A stretch of 63,902 nt of DNA, filler included, from Chrysochromulina tobinii (GCA_001275005.1; 9 parts of 9 records of this genome joined end to end with filler, not necessarily neighbours in it); one strand, 5' to 3'. Numbered from the whole stretch's first letter, positions 1 to 12,454 are shown. Translations and numbers: made by a program. Notes: generated by a model not told the origin, from the letters alone.

Positions 1-12
1 GCCGAAGAGACA

Positions 13-165
13 GATACAAATGTATCTTGTTGTATCTCAATGTATCTTGATGTATCTGAACGGGACACATCGAAATACATGCAAGATATATGCAGGATAC
101 ATGCAGGATACATCAGGATACGTATTGTATAGGAAACCCCCCCCAATTTGTATAGGAAACCCCCC
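13..165. repeat. Inverted arrays of ~10-nt TGTATCT/GATACAT units plus a 17-nt direct repeat
   Basis: TGTATCT occurs at 21, 31, 41 and 51. Reverse-complement-like GATACAT variants occur at ~64-121. TGTATAGGAAACCCCCC occurs at 126-142 and 149-165. Confidence 0.75.
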
Positions 166-688
166 GTCACCCGTGCGGGGGGCGGCCTTGGTGATGTGGA
201 GTGTACAGGGTACCTGCGAGCTGCGAGACCGTGTGCGTCCGTGTGGGTCGTCGCCCTAAGTTTATGGGCTAAGCCGTCCGCGGCAGCTGCACGCGCAAGA
301 TGGAAGTTGATACTTTGGAAGTATGCGTGGCGCGACGGCCGGGCGACAGACGCCTCATTCGCTCAGACACGGCACAGGAGCCCCGGTTTCTACAAAGATC
401 AAAGAACGGTACGGAGACTACACCCGGCCGTGAACAGACGCCTCACGCGGCTCGTGCCGCGTCATGATCTCGATACCGTGAACATCAACGTGTCCTAGCT
501 GTCAGCGTTGGGCCCCCTTATGCCTTTATTAACTTATATATAATATATATATATAATTTCGTCTGCGGCTCGGCGTCGCCCGACGGAGTCGGCGACAGTT
601 CGCGTACCGTCGGACCGTTACAACCGAAATCATCTATAGATTGACACACACGTCAAACCCCCGTTCTTGCCGCAGGGCCTGACGCTGC

Positions 689-3246
689 TCACGCGTCGCA
701 AACTTGCGGGGGCATGCACCGGCAGCGCCCGTGCACGATACGCGCCATGAAGGGGTTGGCCGGTAAGCCTCCCGAGGCCATAATTGGGCAGCTCGCCGGC
801 TCGCACGGGTGCAGCAGGCTCACACCCATGTCGTCGCCCGCAGCGCAGCACAGGGGCTCCTCGTACAGGCCATCACGCTGCGTACCATCGCCTTTGAGTG
901 CCTTACGCACACCCCACGCATAGCGTACAGCATGCACGGGCGCGCCGCCCAGAGGCGCGAGATCGACCGTGAGCTCATACGATGCCGTCATGGTCATATT
1001 GAGAGTCACCCAGCCATCCGTGGCCGGTAGCGGCAGCGGCAGGTACGATTGCTGCGACCCTTCGACGAATCGGAACTCATGCAACCGCCTCTCAACGCGG
1101 GGCGAGTCCACTGCCCCGGAAGTCAGCTCTCGCGGACAGAACCATTCGCGTTGCTGAGGCTCGCAGACGGTGGTGGGCGGCCAGGGGCCAGGGCCAGGCC
1201 CAGGGGCATCCGTATGCCCACCCGCATGCCTACCGCTGAGAAGCTGAGCGAGGCGGCAGGCGGACGTCGTGCAGCCTGGGCTGCCGAGAATGCCGCCCGC
1301 TGGCGAGGTCGGCCCATTTAGTCGGCTGCTCGCCACGGCGCCCGTGCACCGCAGCATGGGCTGCACGCAGAATTGGCTTGGATTGACGAGCACCTCGAGC
1401 ATCGAGCCCTTGGCATGGCGTGGCGGGCGGAGCACCAAGCCTTCCTCGCCGAGCAGCGACTGGTTGAAGGTGAGCACCAACAGGTTGCCGCCGCCGCTGC
1501 TGCCGCCGCCACCGCTGCCACTGCCGCTGCCGCCGCTGCCGCCGCTGCCGCTGCCGCCGCTGCCGCCGCTGCCGCCGCTGCCGCCGCTGCCGCCTCCACC
1601 GCCGCTGCCGCCTCCACCGCGTCCGCCACCGCCGCCTCGCGTCACCCGGCATCCAGCTATCGTAGGCCCCTCTGCGGAATGGTTGCCGAGCGCATAGACG
1701 GTCCGCGCGGCGGCCGTGGCGAGACGCTGCCCGATTGGCAGGTGCAGGCGCGAGTGGAGGATGCCGAACGATGGAACGGGCATCTCGGTGCGTCCGAGCA
1801 CACGGCAATAGCTGTCGCATGCATTGGGTGTGAGGCCACGTGGCGCCAGCATCGTCTTGCACCGATCGTAGTTCTCCTTGCCGTTTCGCGAGCAGGTCAT
1901 GTCTTCGCGGTTGCAGCCGTGGCGAGGCCCGCAGCAGTCGAACCAATAGCACTCGTTGTACACGTTCCAAGGGTCGGCCAAGTCATATGCCTGCGCCAAG
2001 AACGTGTGCGGCATGGCCGGATTCGGCAACCGGCCGTAATTGGCCGTTTGGCTCCAGCGCATGCCGCCGTAGTCGTAAGCTGCCATCCAGCCGGCGCGAG
2101 GGTGGAGTGTGACGACACCAAAGGGCGCGAGCGGGTCGGTCGTGTTGGGCTGCGCGCTCCACTTCTCCCGCCAGAGCGCAACAAGCGTCGGCAAAGCGCA
2201 CCCATACCCGAAGCCCCCGAGCGAACTGCCGCTGACTGCGTTGAGCTGCGAGAGGGCCGCACGGTGAGGAGATGAGTCAGGTGAACTCGGGGGTGCACAA
2301 TCATGAGCGAGATGGTGTTCGCTCTCACCTTGAGATTATGCTCCCCCTGGTGCCATAACCATCCCTTGATAGAGAGCCGTGTGAGAGGTTCCACGCGCGC
2401 CTTGTACAGGTCGCCATCGGAGCCCGTGCCGGGCGCGACGAGCGTGTGTGCGCACTTGCGCTGCAGCTGACCAGGTGGTGTCCACTGCTCGATGGACGAC
2501 GCGCCTGCGGCGAGACAGATGAGGCCGAGCGCCGGTGGGTGCCGGCCAGCGCGCACAAACCAGTCGGTGAGCTCCTGCGCAAAGTACCAGCACGTGGCGC
2601 AGAAGGAGTCAAAGGTATTTGTCTGGCTGGCACCATTGTCGCTGCGCCCGTCGGAAAGGCTGCTCCTCGGCGTGTGCCATCGGTTCAAGCGTGGCGCGGT
2701 CGGTCCCGATCGCTGGGTCGGGTCTGGCCATCGCCACATGCTTGCGAGGCGTATGTTGAGGTACCTGCCCGAGTGCACGGCGGCGGTGGCATTCTGGCGG
2801 CTGAAGGTCATCCGCATCTCGACCTCCATGTTAGACTGTCCGGCGCACACCCACGTGTCTCCAAAGAGCACGTGCGAGAGACTTGCCAACGCCGCGCCAC
2901 CGGCGCTTGAGCTAACGGTGATCTCGTACGAGGCGCTGGCAGAGTCGGCATCTACAGGGTCGAGGAGCGCATGCCATCGCCAGTGGTCCGGCCGCCCATC
3001 GGGCGTGACGGCCGCCGCCAGCTCCTGCTGCTGCACCTGCGGATCGCTCCTCGTCTTCATGCGCCAAAGTTGCACGAACACGTCGGGCACACGGCCGCCG
3101 GAGCCGTCGGTGGCGACGCTGCCAAAAAGCGCCGCTCTCGCAGGGCTGCGCTGGAGCACCATGTGCGAGCCCAAGGCAGGATCGAATGCCAAAGAAGACG
3201 GCATTGACGTGCAGCATTGACGTTCGGGGCTGACGAAACATAGCAT
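689..3246 (-). CDS. Sialate O-acetylesterase-like SGNH hydrolase; 2 exons (intron 2246..2328); start at 3246 or 3204
   Basis: Motifs SHMVLQR, LFGDTWVCAGQSNM, ATCWYFAQEL, GWLWHQGEHN and LHSRLHLPIGQRLA. An 83-nt GTGAGA...CTCGCAG intron joins ORFs 1897..3396 and 689..2194 in frame (HNLK|LNAVSG). Confidence 0.8.
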
Positions 3247-3533
3247 GACGCAATTGTCACAACATGAGGAGTACCGGAGGTGCACTTTAACCAAAACCCA
3301 CTCCCCCAGCGCTACCACGGTGCATGGACGAACGCCGACTTCGGAGAACGCCCGCGAGTGCGTCTCTTTGCGCATCCCTCTGACCCCAACCAGCATCCCG
3401 CCTCGCCCCTAAAGCCAGCATGCGCTCGAGAGCAGTCGCCGATCCGGGATCTCCGAACTGAACTACTCCGCTCGCTCAAGCACCAGTCTCGTCACACTTG
3501 TGACACGGACTCGGGCCATTGCGAGTCTGCCGC

Positions 3534-5923
3534 TTAGGCATCGACCAGCGGGAGCTGGGGCTTGTACGCGTACACCTGGCCGCCGCGGTCGCCTGCCATG
3601 GCGTTGATGATGCCGCTGCTCAGGCTGTGCGCCTGCAGGCCAAAGGCGATGGTCTTGTTGTTGATGGGGACCAGCTTATCGGCCGTGCGCTTGGTGGCGC
3701 CGACGCCGGCGGTGGCGATCCAGTTGCCCGAGGCGTCGCGGGCGAGCATGCCCGAGAGGTCGATGAGGCCCGAGAACTCGTAACCGGTGGCAGAACGATG
3801 GGTAAGGGCCGGCACGCCGACTTTAGCAATACTGCGCGTATTCGAATCGCCGCCCGCCATGGCGATGTGGTAGTACGTCATCGGCACGCCGTCCGTGCGC
3901 ACCTTAGAAATGAAGGTGCGCTCGCCCATCTTGTTGCCGCTGTCCTCCTGGATGATGACGTAACCATTGGTGGAGCCCGCCGCCGCGATCCACTCGAGGC
4001 CGTCAACGGCACGGAAGGAGGCAATGGCGCCGCTGGACTGGATATTGTAGCGCGCGTCGTTGCCGTTGGCATACTTGCCCTTGCCGCCGAGCTGGATCTG
4101 GTTGACGACGCTGGTCTCGGGCTGCAGGACCGTGTACGTGGCCGCGATCTTGGTCGGGAACCAGGTGCCGGCGGCGCGCGCGGCCTCGAGCTTCGCGAAG
4201 ATCTCGGACGAGAAATCGTAGATGCCAAAGTAGCCGCAGGTCGACCCCTGGAGCACGCGCGCGCCGCCGTACGGGTCGGGCGAGTTGTGCTCGGTCTTGC
4301 AGCCGGGCTTTTCGAAGGTCGACGGCGCGGCGCCGCCGTTGTTCCAAAAGTAAGTGTTGTCGGAGGTCTTGTGCTGGAAAGCCCACGAGCCGTCGTGCAG
4401 GAAGGAGGTCACGGTGCCGTTCCAGCGCCAGTCGATCGGGTAGTAAGCACCCGCAACGGTGTTGCCCGGTGCCGCGGCGTTCTTGTGCCAGTCATCTGTG
4501 TAGCGGCCGCCCGTCGTCTGGACGACGTTGGTCGCGAAGCCGTAGACATGGCCGTACGCGAGGCCGTTGCGCGAGAGGAAGTCGGTCGCGGGCTGGCCGA
4601 GCGCGTTGCGGCCCTTGACGCCAACGTAGATGCGCGCGGGGTGCACGTCCTGCGGGCTGACGTAGTTAGTGCCATCAGGGCGCCGACCCAGCGCGTTCTT
4701 CGCCGCGGCAATCCCGTCGGCGTAAGTGCCGAATGCTCCGTTGTAGCCCGAGGGGGCGAAGCACACGTAGGCGGTGTGGCCGCAGTTGACCTCGACGATC
4801 TTCTCGAAGCCACCGAGGGTAAAGACGCCGGTGGCGTACATGTTCTTGGTCGCCAGGTCGACGACGTGCGCCGGGAGGCCGGTAGCCTGAGCGTGGGCGG
4901 CCGGGGTGTTCACGTACGAGGTCCACTCCTCGTTGGTGATGAAGAGCGTGTCATGGACGCCGGTCGAGCCCCACTGGAGGCGCTCCTCGAGGTGGGCTGA
5001 GCACAGGGACTGCATGATCCAGTCGGCGCGCGAGGGCAGGCGAGCGGCGTTGATGGTCGACCAGCAGCCGCAGCCGTCGGCGTTGGTGTTCGAGAAGTGC
5101 GCCGCGGCCGAGCAGCAGTTCTGGGTCGCGTTGTCGTTGCGTTTGCCGATGAGCTGGCCCTTGAGGTTGTACGCGGCCGCGACCGCGTTGCCGGCGCCCT
5201 TGACGATGGAGACGGCCGCCTTGTCGTGGTTCATGAAGTCAGCCAGGCCAGCGCGGTCGTAGTCGACGTACATGACGTGCGAGCCCGTGAAGGAGGCGCC
5301 GTTGGGGTTGACGATGAAGGGGAAGGACTCAAACGCGGTGAAGGTGCCGTACGACTCGGACTGCCAGATGATGCGGACCGTGGTCGAGTCGAGCAGGTAC
5401 GCGCCCATGCCGTCCGGCACGCCGACGAGCATGTAGCCGCTCGCCGGGTCGTACTCGCCGACGGTGCACAGCACTTTGATTTTGCCGAACGGGTAGGCGG
5501 TGTCGCCCGAGTGGCCGTCAGCGATGACGGCCGTGGTCGAGTACGCGGCATCGGTCGCCTCGCAGATGTGCGCCGTGTGGGTGCCGACCGGCTTGAAGGT
5601 CGACATGATCGACTTGCTCTGGGTGCCGAACAGAGTGAAGTTGGCCGACATGTGCAGGAACTGGTCGAAGACACTGGGCTTCGCGGCGATCGAGTCCGCC
5701 GTCGGAATGCTCAGGGGCGTCTCGAGCTGCTTGCCCATGTTGGATGCGCAGCACCTACAAGGCATTGTGCACCCGATGAGTCACGCGCGCGCATGCGTGG
5801 GCGGGTGGCACTCGGCAGCGCTGGCGCTTACTCGTTGCTCTGGAACGCATTACGAAGGGTCTCGCAAGTCTGCTGGCCAGCCGCGACGGCGGCGAGAGCG
5901 GGGAGGAGCGTCTTGTACAGCAT
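3534..5923 (-). CDS. Secreted PhoX-related / atypical algal alkaline phosphatase (EHAP1/PhoA-aty-like), copy 1; intron 5755..5831; ~770 aa
   Basis: Signal-peptide exon MLYKTLLPALAAVAAG is spliced through a 77-nt GTAAGC...TTGTAG intron to give FQSNE-CCASN. Motifs GVPDGMGAYL, QSESYG, SLCSAHLE, FITNEEW, FEKIVE, DGLEW..IIQEDSGN, EFSGLIDLSG and LQAH resemble PhoX-like phosphatases. Confidence 0.7.
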
Positions 5924-6993
5924 GGTCGCCGATGTGCGGTAAGACGACAGGCTCGCGCTCCGAAACGCCGACGGTAAAAAGTACGCCGTCGGCGCTTCGT
6001 CGCGCTCTTTTGTGCAGTTCGACAAACGATCACGTCAATGTGGATGCCGCCTCGGCAGCAGTGGAACAGAGCATCGGCTACTGAGGTGCAGACTTTCCAT
6101 TCTCGCATAGAAATTAGAAGTTTGACTTCCTGTTTAAGGTCATGTCATGACAAGTCCATGCAAGTCAAGACGGCGCTCGTTGTACAATGTAAATTGTATT
6201 GAAAACTTCGCACAGTTCCGTTGTTTAAATCAGAAAGGGGTCGGCGTGTTGATGGACGTCAGCGAGCGGCGCGCCTTCGTTCGTCTCGTCGGCGTGCGCA
6301 CGGTCATTCAATTCCCATATCCCAAACAGGTGCGTAGGGTTGGGGCCTTATAAACATGAAAAATAAACATGAATAATTAAGAATTAAACAGCATCCCGGA
6401 TCGAGCATGCGAACCAGGCCACGCCACGCCCGCCGTCGGGCCTCAAAAACTCTGTTACTCTCTCTCCGACACGTCACTGTCGAGGCTCGAGCGAGTCAAC
6501 AGCGCATGGCGGCATGTTGTGCACTTCATCGCGCCCAGGCGGTACCGTACCGGTTCCACCGATATACAACCGAACGTCATGCCGAACGTACACCGGCGGA
6601 TACACCGATGAGACACCGACGGGAATCAAAAGCGGCGAGCCGCGAGCCACGACAGTTACCGGTGTATGTTGCTATATCATACGGAGCTATATGTTCATCA
6701 CAGGTTTCGTCCCGCCGTCCCTCCTTTGCTTGCATTGCGCATTGGACCGACGCGTCCGCGTCCGGGGAAATCTAAACTGGACCTCTCTCCCTACTAACAG
6801 TTGCCCTTTCCCCCCCTGCCCCGCCGCCGGCCCCACAGGCTCGGGCTGCTTGCTTGGTCTTACCCCCTGCCCCGACGCCGGCCTCACAGGCCCCAACCTG
6901 CCCTCGAAGGCATCGGCCACTCCACGCCGCACTAGTCGCATCACACTTGTGACGCGGCAGTCTGATCGTCGGCTTCGCCTGCGAGCCGGCCGC

Positions 6994-9094
6994 TTAGAAC
7001 AGGGCATCGACACGCGGGAGCTGGGGCTTGTACGTGTACAGCTGGCCGCCGCGGTCGCCACCCATGGCGCGAATGATGCCGGCGGTCTGCTGGTGAGCCT
7101 GCATTCCCAGGACAATGGTCTTGTTGTTGATGGGGACCAGGCGCTCGGCCATGCGCTTGGTGGCGCCGACGCCGGCGGTGGCGATCCAGTTGCCCGAGGC
7201 GTCGCGCGCGAGCACGCCCGAAAGGTCGATGACCCCCGAGAACTCGTGCGCCGCCGAGGCCCAGTAGCCGTCATTGGTGCCGGCCGGCACGCCGACGCGA
7301 GCGACCATGCGAGTGTTCAGTTTGCCGCCCGACTGCGCGATAAAGTAGTACGTGAGCGGCACGCCGTCCGTGCGCACGCGCGTGATGAAGGTGCGCTCGC
7401 CATAGAAGTTGCCGCCGTCCTCCTGGATGATGATGTAGCCATCGGTGGTGCCTGCCGCCGCGATCCACTCGATGCCATCAATGTCCTCAAAGGTTTGGAT
7501 GCCGCCGCCGACGTTCTTGGCGGCTTCCGTATCCGAGTCGACCATGTAACGCGCATCGTTGCCGTTGGCCAACTTGCCCTTGCCGCCGAGCTGGATCTGG
7601 TTGACGATGTTTTTCTCGCCCTGCAGGTTGATGTACGTGGCCGCGATGCGGGTCGGGAACCAGGTGCCGGCGAGGCGCGCGGCCTCGAGCTTCGTGAAGA
7701 TCTCGGACGAGAAATCGTAGATGCCAAAGAAGCCGCAGGTGGACGACGTGAGCACGCGCGCGCCGCCGTACGGGTCGGGCGAGTTGTGCTCGGTCTTGCA
7801 CGAGGCGGCACGGTCGAAGGTCGAGCCGGGCGAGTTGCCGCCGTTGTTCCAGAAGTAGAGGCCGTCGGAGGTCTTGTGCTGGAAAGCCCACGAGCCGTCG
7901 TGCTGGAAGGAGGTCACGGTGCCGTTCCAGCGCCAGTCGATCGGGTAGAAGCCACCCGCAACGGTCTGGCCCGGCGTCGCCACGTTCTTGGACCAGTCCT
8001 CCAGGTAGCGGCCGCCCGTCGTCTGGGCGACGTTGGTCGCGAAGCCGTAGACCTGGCCGTACGCGAGGCCGTTGCGCGAGAGGAAGTCGGTCGCGGGCTG
8101 GCCGAGCGCGTTGCGGCCCTTGACGCCAACGTAGATGCGCGCGGGCACAATGTTCTGCGTGCGGACGTAGTCTGTGCCATCGGGGCGCTTGCCCAGCGCG
8201 TTCTTGCGCGCGGCCGCAGCGGCCGCATTGAGATCGAACTCGCCGTTGTAGCCCGAGACGCCGAAGCACACGTAGGCGGTGTGGCCGCAGTTGACCTCGA
8301 CGATCTTCTCGAAACCGCCCATGGTGAAGACGCCGGTGGCGTACATGTTGAAGGTCGCCAGGTCGATCACGTGCGCCGGGATGCCCACGTAGTCAGCGTT
8401 CGGCTGGTACGAGGACCACTCCTCGTTGGTGATGAAGAGGGTGTCCGCGACGCCGGTCGAGCCCCACTGAAGGCGCTCCTCGAGGTGGGCCGAGCACAGG
8501 GACATCATGGTCCAGTCGGCGCGTTGGGGCGGCGATGCGAGGTGAATGGTTGACCAGCAGCCGCAGCCGTTGTGGTCGGTGTCCGAGAAGTGCGGCGCGG
8601 CCGAGCAGCAGTTCTCGGTCGCGTTCGTGTTGCGCTTGCCGATGAGCTGGCCCTTGAGGTTGTACGCGTTCGCGACCGCTTCGCCGGCGCCCTTGACGAA
8701 GGAGACGGCCGCCTCGGGAGCTCCGGGAGACATGAAGTTAGCAAGGCCCTGGCGGTCGTAGTCGACGTACATGACGTGCGAGCCCGTGAAGGACGCGCCG
8801 TTGCTGTTGATCATGAACGGGAAGGAGTCGCCGCAGCCGAGGCCCGCCGCCGTAGGCCTCGGGCTCGGGGCATTGGCAGGGCCGCACCACCAGTTCAAGC
8901 CACCATATGACTCGGACTGGAAGATGATGCGGACCGTGGTCGCGTCGCGCAGGTACGCACCCATGCCGTCCGGCACGCCGACGAGCATAAAGCCGGTCGC
9001 TGGGTTGTACTCGCCGACGGTGGCGATCACCTTGATGGGGCCGAACGGGTAGTCAGTGTCACCCGAGTGGCCGTCCGCAACGACGGCCGTGGTC
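6994..9094 (-). CDS. PhoX-related / atypical alkaline phosphatase, copy 2 (5' end truncated by contig edge)
   Basis: Colinear paralog of 3534..5923 with long identical DNA tracts. The frame stays open to the gap (TTAVVADGHSGDTDYPFGPIK). Confidence 0.7.
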
Positions 9095-9194
9095 NNNNNN
9101 NNNNNNNNNNNNNNNNNNNNNNNNNNNNNNNNNNNNNNTTAATTAATTAANNNNNNNNNNNNNNNNNNNNNNNNNNNNNNNNNNNNNNNNNNNN
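9095..9194. other. Artificial contig-joining spacer
   Basis: 44 N + TTAATTAATTAA (stops in all six frames) + 44 N. The same spacer occurs eight times. Confidence 0.98.
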
Positions 9195-10415
9195 GCGAAG
9201 GCGAGCAGGCCGCGGCTGACAGCAGCGACCGAGAGGGCGGCGATGGCGGTGTTGAGTACGCCCCACGAGCATCGCGCCGAGCATGCCAAAGACTACCATG
9301 AGCCACGTCTGCAGCATGTCAAGTCGGACGACATCGCTAGTACAAAGGGGTTTTTTCTGCGACTTCGAAAAAGCTGAAAAATGCGACCAAGTGCGGAAAA
9401 GTTGGCGACTTTTCGATACTCGTAGAGATATTTTGCGCGCGCAGCGCGCAACAAAATTGCGCCGCGCAGCGGCGCCAAGCGGCGCCGCAGGCGCCGCCTG
9501 GCGGCGCGCAGCGCCGCCGTAGGCGGCAAGCTCAGACGCGTCGATTAAGTCCCCCCCTGAGCCCGTTATTTTGCATTACTTTTCACTTTACCCGTAGTTA
9601 ACGCCCAATACGGCGCATTTTCCAGCCTCTGTGGAGCCCTGTGCGCTGCTAGTGGCTGTGGGATGGTCGCTGCCACTCATCCTGCATCTTATTCCATCGG
9701 CACTGACGGGAACCGCGTAAGTTGAGCGCCTGCGCCCTGCGTAAACAAGGGACGCTGTGAACATAGCTCATAGGTGTGAAGTTGTGTGAAGAACAAAAAG
9801 TGTTAGGATTGGCCGAAGCTGGTTAGGGCTCATCAGCCCCATCACTAGCGATATGGGAACAAGCTTCTGTCGTTCACCAAGCCCTCATTTCGATCCCCAC
9901 ACTCTCAAAACCGAACGTTGCAAGGCCCAAGGCGCGTAGGCGGTAGGCAATAAGTAGGCAATGGCGGTAGGGCCGGGGCGTCCGAGGCTACAGGGGGGAA
10001 AAAGGGCCGAGGCCGCGCCTCTGGGAGCATGGGTCTGTGAAATATGCAAAACTGACATGTCATATTTAACCAACGCGAAGTGCGTCCCCCTTGGGGTCCT
10101 TGCTCCTTCGATCACCGCACCGCACCGGTGAGCGGTGTTGGTGTTCACCGGTCCCGTCAATGAGGTGAGTAGTTTCAGATAATCTCAGTATGTATGCTTT
10201 GATAATGATCTATGTTTTTATCTACTTTATACTTCCACCGTGTATCGCCTATGTACGAATTTACATGCTAACCACTGCGTCCTGTACGCTATAACTCCCC
10301 ATGTCTCCTCGTTAAGTTCATCACCATCAGCCGCGCATCCGCCAGGGCAACGGCAGCCATCAGGTCGCCCGCCACGGCGCGGCCACGCCGCCACTGCAAC
10401 CACCGCAGGATGATC

Positions 10416-10700
10416 CGCCTGCGGCGGGCTCCGGCGGCGCCTGCGGCGGGCTGTCTTCGGCAGCGCCTGCGGCGGGCACCTCCGGCGGGCAAGCCTGCAC
10501 CTCCGGCGGCACCTGAGGCGGGCGGTCTTGGACGGTGCCTGCGGATGGCGGTCTCCGGCGGCGCCTGCGGCGGGCCGTCTCCGGCAGCGCCTGCGGCGGG
10601 CCGGCGAGCCTACGTACCGTACGGCTGCGGCCGGTGAGCCTACTTACCGTACGGCGGCGGGCGGCGCCTTCGGCGGGCGGGTCCGGTGGCGTCGGCGGGA
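10416..10700. repeat. GC-rich tandem array of CGCCTGCGGCGGGC / CTCCGGCGG units (mini-hairpin repeats)
   Basis: Many degenerate GCCTGCGGC copies. Related GCGCCGCAGGCGC and CGCCGTAGGCG hairpins occur at 9460-9530. Confidence 0.7.
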
Positions 10701-10703
10701 TAG

Positions 10704-10803
10704 NNNNNNNNNNNNNNNNNNNNNNNNNNNNNNNNNNNNNNNNNNNNTTAATTAATTAANNNNNNNNNNNNNNNNNNNNNNNNNNNNNNNNNNNNNNNNN
10801 NNN
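10704..10803. other. Artificial contig-joining spacer
   Basis: N44-TTAATTAATTAA-N44. Confidence 0.98.
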
Positions 10804-12454
10804 CCCCCCCCGCCGCCTCGGACGCCGCCGCCACCCCACTCCTCTTCTCCCTCTGCGCCGCGGCCACGGCCGAGACGGCCGCAAAGACAGACGCAGTCAT
10901 CGGGAGATTGCGCTCCAGCGACGAGATCGCACCCGAGATCGCACCCGCGGCCGGCGCCGGCACGGCTTGACGGAGAGCTTCCCTGAGCGCCTCGAGGCGG
11001 CGGTGCGTCTCGAGATCACGCTGCATCGCAGCCGCTGCGCTCGGGTCAGGTTCGAAGCCCACCACGACGCCGCGCGAGCCGTTGACGAGCTTGGCACCCG
11101 TGTCGAGATTCTTGAGGAGCATCACCTGCGCGCCGGGCTTGAGGACGAGCGCCTGCGGCACAAGTAAGTCCTTGAGGAGCCAGGGCATCGAGCCCGTGTC
11201 GATCGCTCTCCACACGCGGGGCTTTCCCTCGAGCACATGCAGACGCGTCGAGTTCTCCTCCTCGGCTCGCTCGTTGTGGGGGTAGAGCTTGGTGGGTACG
11301 ACGGCGAGCGCGGGCGGGTTGGCGACGGCATGCTGGAGCCGTGCGACCGAGAACGGCGAGAGCTCGGCCTGTCGCATCTCATTGAGGAGATCGACGAACG
11401 ACTGGTCGGTCTGTCTGAAGACGGTACGCAGCAGCACGACGTTCTTGGCAGCGAGCGGCCACGCATTCGCTTCGAAAAGGAAGGAGAGCTTATCGCGCAA
11501 AAGCCCGACAGGCGGCAGCTGGAAGAAGTCGCCGCACAGCACGAGTTGAACGCCGCCGAAGCAGCGCGTCTTGTCGAGCAGCCGGCGGCCGATGGCGTCG
11601 AGCTTGTCAAAAAGTGAGCCATCGAGCATCGACACCTCGTCGATGACGAGGCATAGGCACTGTTGCCATCGCGTGGCCGCATGCTTCGACATCTTGCGAA
11701 ACAGCTCGTCCGCCGTGCCCTTGCCCACGCCGATGCCGCTCCATGAATGGAGTGTCGTGCCGCCGATGTGCGTCGCCGCAATGCCCGTGGTGGCGGTGAT
11801 CGCGACGGCGTCGTCGCCATGATGCTGCCGGAGGGCTTCGATGATCTGGTTGAGCGTGAAGCTCTTGCCGGTGCCAGCGCCGCCCGTGAGGAAGATATTC
11901 TCGCCCGCCATCGCCAGGCTGACGGCGCGCTGCTGCTCGGAGTTGAGCTGCGACTTGACGGAGGCGGCGGCGGCGGCGCCTCCGCGATGGAGCTGCGGCT
12001 TCGCGGCGGCGGCAGCGGCGCCTCCGGGGTCGGGCGGCGCCTGGCGAATGTCGTCCATCAGGCGTTCGAGCTCCTCGAGCTTCGGCTCCGGCTTCACCGT
12101 ACGGCGCTGCTTTGCTGCCGGCGGTGGCGCTGGAGGCAGCGGGCTGTTTCCTAGTGCGTCGAGGTCGATAGCGTTCGCAAATCCTTCCGCATTGCGCTCC
12201 TCTGCCGTCCGCGCGCCGACAAATGCGATCTCGTCCTCGTCAGGTGAAATCGGAGGCGTGACCTTTGGCCCAGGAGGCATGAGGACCAATACCGCATCGC
12301 GCTCGGCCCATGTCACCTCACCGACGCACTCGAGCTCCTCGTCATCGTCGGCGCCGGCACATACGCTGGCATCATCGGCCGTGCGCTGGCGCTTGGCATC
12401 GCGCAGCGGCGCGGAACCTGGGGCATCGCTCGGCTGAAGTGAAGAAAGCAGCAT
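10804..12454 (-). CDS. PIF1: PIF1-family 5'-3' DNA helicase (3' end truncated by contig edge)
   Basis: Motifs ENIFLTGGAGTGKS, ATTGIAATHIGGTTLHSWSGIG, VIDEVSML, FGGVQLVLCGDFFQLPPV, VFRQ, QVMLLKNL and LVNGSRGVV. Confidence 0.92.

Noticed and set aside
1486..1636. GGSGGS run as a synthetic linker or vector contamination
   Set aside because: It is an irregular GGC/AGC trinucleotide expansion in frame within a native gene, and there is no vector sequence nearby.
3519..8553. Long plus-strand ORFs (3519..5000, 6514..8553), and likewise 29890..32046 on the minus strand
   Set aside because: These are antisense shadows of real genes caused by GC3-rich codon usage. They carry no motifs.
9139..9150. 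TTAATTAATTAA repeated eight times as a biological repeat
   Set aside because: It is always centred in exactly 100 nt with 44 N on each side, so it is an assembly concatenation linker. ORFs ending in LIN are artefacts of it.
9195..9317. Minus-strand hydrophobic peptide as the missing 5' exon of phosphatase copy 2
   Set aside because: It lies across an artificial join, has no similarity to exon 1 of copy 1, and needs a frameshift to stay hydrophobic.
10804..12454. PIF1 as a Helitron RepHel gene next to hairpin repeats
   Set aside because: No HUH Rep domain precedes the helicase, and the hairpin repeats are on a different contig.
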